This document shows, in pieces, positions 17,738-22,733 of a DNA stretch of 22,733 bases. The DNA is taken from contig CAXTTL010000056.1 of assembly GCA_964247135.1 (NCBI GenBank), positions 1-22,733 on the forward strand. Direction: 5' to 3'. The position numbers and the translations under genes were made by a program. The notes beneath the pieces were generated by a model. The model saw nothing but the letters and a program-made list of their open reading frames with translations, did no database searches and was not told where the DNA came from. The stretch is from an uncultured Deinococcales bacterium (GTDB taxonomy: Bacteria > Deinococcota > Deinococci > Deinococcales > JAAFIG01). The stretch's first letter is position 1. Every line of letters starts with the position of its first letter.

Positions 17738-18448
17738 ATGAACAATAAAACAGCATTGGTCACTGGCGGCTCCAAAGGCATCGGTTTGGCAATCGCGGAG
17801 GCGCTGATCGCCAAGGGTTACAACGTGGTGATTACCGCCCGCAACGAAGCCGAAGTGCTCGAGGCGGCACACAACCTGAACGCTTTCGCCCCAGGTCGCG
17901 CCGTGGGGATTCAAGCCGACGCTCGAGATTACGCCGCCCAGGAAGCCGCCGTCGCGCAAGCCGTCAATTCGTTCGGTGGTTTGGATGTGCTGGTCGCCAA
18001 TGCTGGCGTCGGGGTTTTCAAACCCGTGCAGGACTTGACGCTCGAGGATTGGGATTCGGTGATCGACACCAACCTGACGGGCGTGTTTTACAGCGTCAAA
18101 GCCAGCATCCCCGAACTCGAGAAGCGCAAGGGTTATGTGCTGACGATCTCGAGCTTGGCTGGTAAAAACCCGTTTGAGTTTGGTGCGGCTTATAATGCCA
18201 GCAAGTTTGGCTTGAACGGTTTTTCCGAAGCAATCATGATGGATTTGCGCAAACTGGGCATCAAAGTCAGTTACATCATGCCTGGGTCGGTGGCGACGTA
18301 CTTTAACGGTCACACGCCCGACGAGAAAGACGCCTGGAAAATTCAACCCGAAGACATTGCCCAGCTTGTGCTCGACCTGCTCGAGATGAATCCGCGCACC
18401 TTGCCGAGCCGTGTCGAGGTGCGTCCAAGTCAACCTCCGCGCAAGTAA
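17738..18448 (+). CDS. SDR family oxidoreductase
   Basis: TGGSKGIG, ANAG and catalytic YNASK. Confidence 0.95.
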   Translation: MNNKTALVTGGSKGIGLAIAEALIAKGYNVVITARNEAEVLEAAHNLNAFAPGRAVGIQADARDYAAQEAAVAQAVNSFGGLDVLVANAGVGVFKPVQDLTLEDWDSVIDTNLTGVFYSVKASIPELEKRKGYVLTISSLAGKNPFEFGAAYNASKFGLNGFSEAIMMDLRKLGIKVSYIMPGSVATYFNGHTPDEKDAWKIQPEDIAQLVLDLLEMNPRTLPSRVEVRPSQPPRK

Positions 18449-18450
18449 AA

Positions 18451-19890
18451 TCACTTCCGAATTGCGTAAGGTTTGCCTTCGAGCGAGAGGCTCATGCCGT
18501 TTGATGTTGGTTTGAACTCGAGTTTGAGGTTTAAAAAACGCCAGTCGAATTCTCCAGCGTCAACAACTTGAAAAACGTTTTGTTTGATCGCCTCGAGTTT
18601 CAGAATCGCATCGGATTTTTGCAGCTCGAGTTGATTTTTGGCGTTGACGCGAACTTCAATCTTGCCCTCGCCCGAGGTGTAAATCCCTGTGAACGGCTCG
18701 GGTTTTGTGGTGGTTTTTGCAACTCGAGCCGAACTTGGAACGGGCAGAATCGCGCTTTCATCGCCACGCAAAAAGTCCAGCAAGCCCAAGGCAAGCTCGA
18801 GATCAAGCCCTTCAACCTCGAGATTCCATAAGATTGCCACGCCCAGTTTTTGATCTGGCGCAAGCAAAAACATTGAACCCATTCTTCCAACCGTACCGTT
18901 GTGCGCGAGCAAATTCAAACCCCTGGACTCAAACACGCGCCAACCGAAACCGTATTTGATCTCGTGCTTCAGGTTGTAGGTGGCAATTCCAAAATGGTAA
19001 TCCACCTGCGGTTTTTGCGTCTCGAGCAAAGATTTTGGGCTGATGATTTTTCGCCCATGAAACTGCCCTTGATTGAGTTCCATGATGAGGTAGTTGCCGA
19101 TGTCTCGAGCGCTGGAAGATGTCAAAGAACCCGCCGGAACGCCCAAGCGCCCCAATTGCCGTGGCGTTGCCTTGAACGAACCTCTTGGCGTTCCACGGTA
19201 GCCCTGCGCCAAGCCCAATTCGCTGGCAGTTTGCGGGTCGAGGGTGGTGCGTTGCATCTCGAGCGGCTTGAAGAGATTTTCGTTCAAGTACGTTTCAAAC
19301 GTTACGCCTGAAACTTTTTGCACGATCAAACCGAGCACCGCATAACCGAAATTGGAATACTTGGTTTTTGTTCCAGGCGCGAACATCAATTTGGAATGCT
19401 GAAAACTTCTCACCCAGCGCTCGAGCGCCAAATCGTCCAGCGCCGCGTCGTGAGGAATGGATTCGTCCGAGAGTCCAGACGTGTGCGTTAAGCATTGCCG
19501 CAACGTAATTTTATCCGAGAGCTTGTTGCTGTCGCCCGTCTTAAACCACGGCAAATAATGCACCACGGTTTGATCCAACTCGAGTTTACCAGCCTCTACC
19601 AACTGCATGATTGCCAATGCCGTCATGCTTTTGGTGGTTGACCCAATCTCGAGCAGTGTGGCATCGGTCATGGGTGTTTTGGTTTTGATGTTCGCCAAGC
19701 CGTAACCGTGGCTGTAAACGACAGCATCGTTTTGCACCATCACAATAGAAATCCCTGGGACACCCGCCAAAACGCGGCGTTCTTCGATAAAACGGTTGAT
19801 GCGCTCGAGTGGCAAAGTTGGCGTGGTGGCATTTGCCGAAATGCTCGAGGTGAGTGTGAGGATTGCGGCAAACAGAACACGGCTTTTCAT
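18451..19890 (-). CDS. Secreted serine hydrolase (beta-lactamase/class C-like family)
   Basis: Signal peptide, SxxK (STTK), LTHTSG, YSN and HNG motifs. Confidence 0.92.
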   Translation of the reverse strand: MKSRVLFAAILTLTSSISANATTPTLPLERINRFIEERRVLAGVPGISIVMVQNDAVVYSHGYGLANIKTKTPMTDATLLEIGSTTKSMTALAIMQLVEAGKLELDQTVVHYLPWFKTGDSNKLSDKITLRQCLTHTSGLSDESIPHDAALDDLALERWVRSFQHSKLMFAPGTKTKYSNFGYAVLGLIVQKVSGVTFETYLNENLFKPLEMQRTTLDPQTASELGLAQGYRGTPRGSFKATPRQLGRLGVPAGSLTSSSARDIGNYLIMELNQGQFHGRKIISPKSLLETQKPQVDYHFGIATYNLKHEIKYGFGWRVFESRGLNLLAHNGTVGRMGSMFLLAPDQKLGVAILWNLEVEGLDLELALGLLDFLRGDESAILPVPSSARVAKTTTKPEPFTGIYTSGEGKIEVRVNAKNQLELQKSDAILKLEAIKQNVFQVVDAGEFDWRFLNLKLEFKPTSNGMSLSLEGKPYAIRK

Positions 19891-19935
19891 TGAGGCTTAA
19901 TCTACTCGAGTTTTCAAAAGACTTGACAAAACGCC

Positions 19936-19967
19936 TACCTAGGTTAACTGTATAGTTAACCTAGGTA
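19936..19967. promoter_or_regulatory. 32-bp palindromic operator, likely a PadR site
   Basis: TACCTAGGTTAACT-gtat-AGTTAACCTAGGTA between the divergent hydrolase and padR genes; TTGACA at 19923-19928. Confidence 0.75.
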
Positions 19968-19979
19968 CTAAGGAGCATC

Positions 19980-20318
19980 ATGAATCAAAACCTTGACCCC
20001 AACCTCTTAAAAGGCAACCTCGACTTAATCCTCCTCACCATTCTCGAGGAAGGGGAGATGTACGGACTCGAGATCATCCAAGAAGCCCAAATCCGCACAA
20101 ATGGCTATTTTGATTTCAAAGAAGGCAGCCTTTATCCAGCCCTGCACCGACTGACGCAGGCGGGCTGGCTGACCAGCGAATTCCGCGAAAGTGACCTGGG
20201 CGGACCAAGGCGCAAATACTACACGCTGACCGAAAAAGGACAGCACACGCTGGCGAAAAAACGCAACGACTGGAAACAATTCTCGAGCGCCATCGATCAG
20301 CTTCGGGGTGCAAAATGA
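19980..20318 (+). CDS. PadR family transcriptional regulator
   Basis: LKGNLDLILL, MYGLEI, GSLYPALHRL and RRKYYTLT; AAGGAG RBS. Confidence 0.95.
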   Translation: MNQNLDPNLLKGNLDLILLTILEEGEMYGLEIIQEAQIRTNGYFDFKEGSLYPALHRLTQAGWLTSEFRESDLGGPRRKYYTLTEKGQHTLAKKRNDWKQFSSAIDQLRGAK

Positions 20319-20914
20319 CCAGCCTCGAGCGATACTTAAACAATGCCACACGCGATATCTGGGGAAAACGCAAACTCGAGATTCGTGAAGAACTCGAGCA
20401 GCATATTCTCGAGCGCAGCAAAAAATACGAACTTGAAGGTTTTTCTCGAGAAATGGCGATACTTCAAGTCCTCGAGCAACTGGGAAACCCGCAAAAGCTT
20501 TCGTTCGGTTTCTGGGAGGTGTACATGACGATGCACAAGAATTTGATGATGGGTTCTTTGGTAGCAGTATTGATGATTGGCATCGCAACCTGGCAGATGA
20601 CTTTGCCACGAAACCTTACATTTTCTTGTTCCAATTCGGATCATTCAAAATGGATTGAAGGAACGACCAGCGCAACGTGGTTTGGTGTTGTTGGTGTGGC
20701 TCGAGAACTCGAGAAACTCGATTTTACGGATTACACGTTGCAACAATTCAAGGACACCATGATGGATTCAGAAAACGGTATGACCATTCATTCTGAAGCC
20801 AAATCTGGGCAGTTTAAAGCCAGCAATCAAAAATACATTACCTTGCAGAATCCAAAGCTCACGGTTCAACCCTCGACAACATCAACATCAGACGAACTTC
20901 ATTGTGTCTGGTGA
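20315..20914 (+). CDS. Permease-prefix-domain (HAAS-like) single-pass membrane protein
   Basis: LERYL...EIREELEQHI...LGNPQKL N-terminal domain followed by one TM; ATGA coupling to padR. Confidence 0.75.
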   Translation: MTSLERYLNNATRDIWGKRKLEIREELEQHILERSKKYELEGFSREMAILQVLEQLGNPQKLSFGFWEVYMTMHKNLMMGSLVAVLMIGIATWQMTLPRNLTFSCSNSDHSKWIEGTTSATWFGVVGVARELEKLDFTDYTLQQFKDTMMDSENGMTIHSEAKSGQFKASNQKYITLQNPKLTVQPSTTSTSDELHCVW

Positions 20915-20937
20915 GATGCCCCAAAACCTCGAGCAAC

Positions 20938-20968
20938 AAAAAACACCCCAAAACGGGGTGTTTTCTTT
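20938..20968. terminator. Bidirectional terminator
   Basis: AAAAAACACCCC-aaaac-GGGGTGTTTTCTTT between the convergent CDS and tRNA-Gly. Confidence 0.85.
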
Positions 20969-21042
20969 TGGAGCGGCTATTCGGATTCGAACCGAAACGA
21001 AGACCTTGGAAGGGTCACATGCTACCGTTACATCATAGCCGC
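20969..21042 (-). tRNA. tRNA-Gly(TCC)
   Basis: GCGGCTA/TAGCCGC acceptor stem, CTTCCAA anticodon loop, TTCGAAT T-loop and encoded CCA. Confidence 0.95.
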
Positions 21043-21093
21043 AGCACAACTATTGTACTACAAACTCGAGTTTATGGGATGCTCGAGAAAAAT

Positions 21094-21171
21094 TGGTCGG
21101 GGCAGCAAGATTCGAACTTGCGACCCCCTGGTCCCAAACCAGGTGCGCTAGCCAGGCTGCGCTATGCCCCG
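21094..21171 (-). tRNA. tRNA-Pro(TGG)
   Basis: CGGGGCA/TGCCCCG acceptor stem, TTTGGGA anticodon loop, TTCGAAT and CCA. Confidence 0.95.
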
Positions 21172-21203
21172 AACCGTCGAACGCTCTCGCGTCTCGAGGG
21201 GAG

Positions 21204-21254
21204 AGTATAACGGCAATTGCTGATCTTGACAAGCCCTGTTTGGGGCGATACACT
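21204..21254. promoter_or_regulatory. Divergent sigma-70-type promoters with overlapping -35 elements
   Basis: Plus strand: TTGACA(21226-31)-17 nt-TACACT(21249-54). Minus strand: TTGTCA(21232-27)-17 nt-TATACT(21209-04). Confidence 0.8.
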
Positions 21255-21280
21255 TCTTCACGCTGCGAGAGCAGTGCTTG

Positions 21281-21356
<76 letters not shown>

Positions 21357-21359
21357 AAT

Positions 21360-21398
21360 AAAAAACACGAGATTCTTAACCAGAGTCTCGTGTTTTTT
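21360..21398 (+). terminator. Rho-independent terminator after tRNA-Lys
   Basis: AAAAAACACGAGATTCT...AGAGTCTCGTGTTTTTT. Confidence 0.85.
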
Positions 21399-21525
21399 GC
21401 AACATTCAGACTGGCTCGAGTCAATCCCTTTCGCTTGGTGAATTTGTGCCGAGTTCAGATCATCCTTTTCATGCTCTTGTATGCGAAGGTTGCCCCAAAG
21501 AGGTTGCTCGAGATTGGAGTTGTTG

Positions 21526-22221
21526 ATGGATTTTTTGACCTTACTTAAAGGTGGCGGACCGGTCGCAGTACTGTTGCTGCTGGTGTCGGTTTATGCCGCT
21601 TTTGTCTTCTTTTACCGCTATCAGGTTTTTGCCAAAGCCACCACCAGTCCAGTCAAGTTGTATGCGCAAATCAAAGCGGATTTGCTGGCTGCCAATGTGC
21701 GCTTGGCGCTGGCGGATGTGGCTCGAGAGGATTCTCCCGCCGCCAAGGTTTTAACTGCCGGTTTGGAACGCGTTCAATACGGTGCTGATGCGGTACAGGC
21801 TGGGGTGCAGCAAGCCATGTTGCTCGAGGAGGAACGTTTTGGGCGAGGTTTGGGGACGTTGGCAACCATTGCGCAGGTTGCGCCGATGCTGGGTTTGTTG
21901 GGCACGGTCTTTGGCATGATTCGGGCGTTCACCGTGTTTTCGCAGGTCAGTCAGCCCTCGCCCAATCAATTGGCTGGCGGCATCAGCGAGGCGCTGGTTT
22001 CGACTGCGGCTGGTTTGATCGTGGCGGTCTTGTCGCACGTTGGTCACAGTTTTTTGACCAGGCGTTATGATTCGCTTTTAAACGCTTTGGATCACAGCAA
22101 AGAATTTTTGACCACCACCCTGATCGAGGCAGGTTTGTACACAACAGATTCCTATCAAAGTGCCAAAATGGAATCGCTCGAGCCTCCAAAAACCCTGCAA
22201 CCCAGCCTTTCGAGGGGATGA
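21526..22221 (+). CDS. exbB: MotA/TolQ/ExbB proton channel protein
   Basis: APMLGLLGTVFGMIRAF and LAGGISEALVSTAAGLIVA; GGAG RBS before ATG 21526. Confidence 0.88.
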   Translation: MDFLTLLKGGGPVAVLLLLVSVYAAFVFFYRYQVFAKATTSPVKLYAQIKADLLAANVRLALADVAREDSPAAKVLTAGLERVQYGADAVQAGVQQAMLLEEERFGRGLGTLATIAQVAPMLGLLGTVFGMIRAFTVFSQVSQPSPNQLAGGISEALVSTAAGLIVAVLSHVGHSFLTRRYDSLLNALDHSKEFLTTTLIEAGLYTTDSYQSAKMESLEPPKTLQPSLSRG

Positions 22222-22625
22222 ACATGCGTCGCCGCCGATCACGCCCAGCCGCCCCAATATTTACCTTTGCGCCGATGGTGGACATTGTGCTGCTGCTCTT
22301 GATTTTTTTCATGACCACCACCAGTTTTTTAAAGTCCGAACGAGGCTTGAAAGTGGATTTGCCAAGTGCCAGCCAAGCCTCGAGCAGCCAACCTTCGCCC
22401 GAGGTGATTTTGACCAAAGACGGGCAAATTTTGTTTGAAAAACGCGTGAACTTGACGCCCTTGCAACTCGAGCAAGCCCTCAGAACTGTCTTTAAGGGTG
22501 CGCCGAGCGCCGTGTCTTTGCGTGCCGACCGTGACGCCCGTCATGGGCGGGTGGTCGAGGTGATGGATGCCATCAAACGCGCTGGGGCGACGCGCTTGGC
22601 GGTGGCGGTGCAGGAGCGACCATGA
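22218..22625 (+). CDS. exbD: ExbD/TolR biopolymer transport protein
   Basis: APMVDIVLLLLIFFM, VDLPSA and LRADRDARHGRVVEVMD. Confidence 0.9.
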   Translation: MNMRRRRSRPAAPIFTFAPMVDIVLLLLIFFMTTTSFLKSERGLKVDLPSASQASSSQPSPEVILTKDGQILFEKRVNLTPLQLEQALRTVFKGAPSAVSLRADRDARHGRVVEVMDAIKRAGATRLAVAVQERP

Positions 22626-22733
22626 CCAATGTGTGGCAAAGTTTGGACTTGTCCGATCCGATCAAGCGCAAAGCCGTGTTTGCGAGTGTTTTGTTGCATG
22701 GTTTGGTGCTGGCTGGCATGGGTTTTTATTTGT
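22622..22733 (+). CDS. Partial TonB/TolA-like energy transducer
   Basis: ATG 22622 overlaps the exbD stop. MTNVWQSLDLSDPIKRKAVFASVLLHGLVLAGMGFYL has the S-x3-H TM pattern typical of TonB anchors. Confidence 0.65.
   Translation, partial: MTNVWQSLDLSDPIKRKAVFASVLLHGLVLAGMGFYL

Noticed and set aside
8991-18454. Long antisense ORFs (e.g. 8991-9803, 11039-11683, 11705-12367, 17690-18454)
   Set aside because: They are shadows of well-supported genes on the opposite strand and have no recognisable motifs.
18451-19890. Calling this a true beta-lactamase resistance gene
   Set aside because: The motifs place it only in the broad serine hydrolase family; substrate cannot be inferred from sequence.

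Overview
Bacterial chromosomal window. It is probably from Deinococcota; this is inferred from an SLH/coiled-coil/beta-barrel SlpA-like protein, several apparently leaderless genes and a PadR plus permease-prefix pair. Contents in order: a partial exported protein, two LptF/LptG permeases, GNAT, DinB, a YbjN-like protein, and an AT-rich ABC-type ATPase plus TOPRIM-like (DUF4276-like) cassette flanked by a 10-bp direct repeat. Next is an 8.4-kb minus-strand signalling module with two paralogous YHYH proteins, a hybrid kinase, a REC-GGDEF cyclase, a Cys/His membrane protein and an OmpR/BaeS-like pair. The rest holds a cupin, the S-layer-like protein, an SDR, a serine hydrolase, PadR plus partner, three tRNAs (Gly, Pro, Lys) and exbB-exbD-tonB (partial). 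The strongest unexplained signals are: (1) about 140 hand-counted copies of the palindrome CTCGAG against about 6 expected, resembling a HIP-type motif; (2) a shared direct-repeat and -10 promoter architecture upstream of both YHYH genes; (3) the motif-depleted candidate defence cassette with flanking direct repeats.
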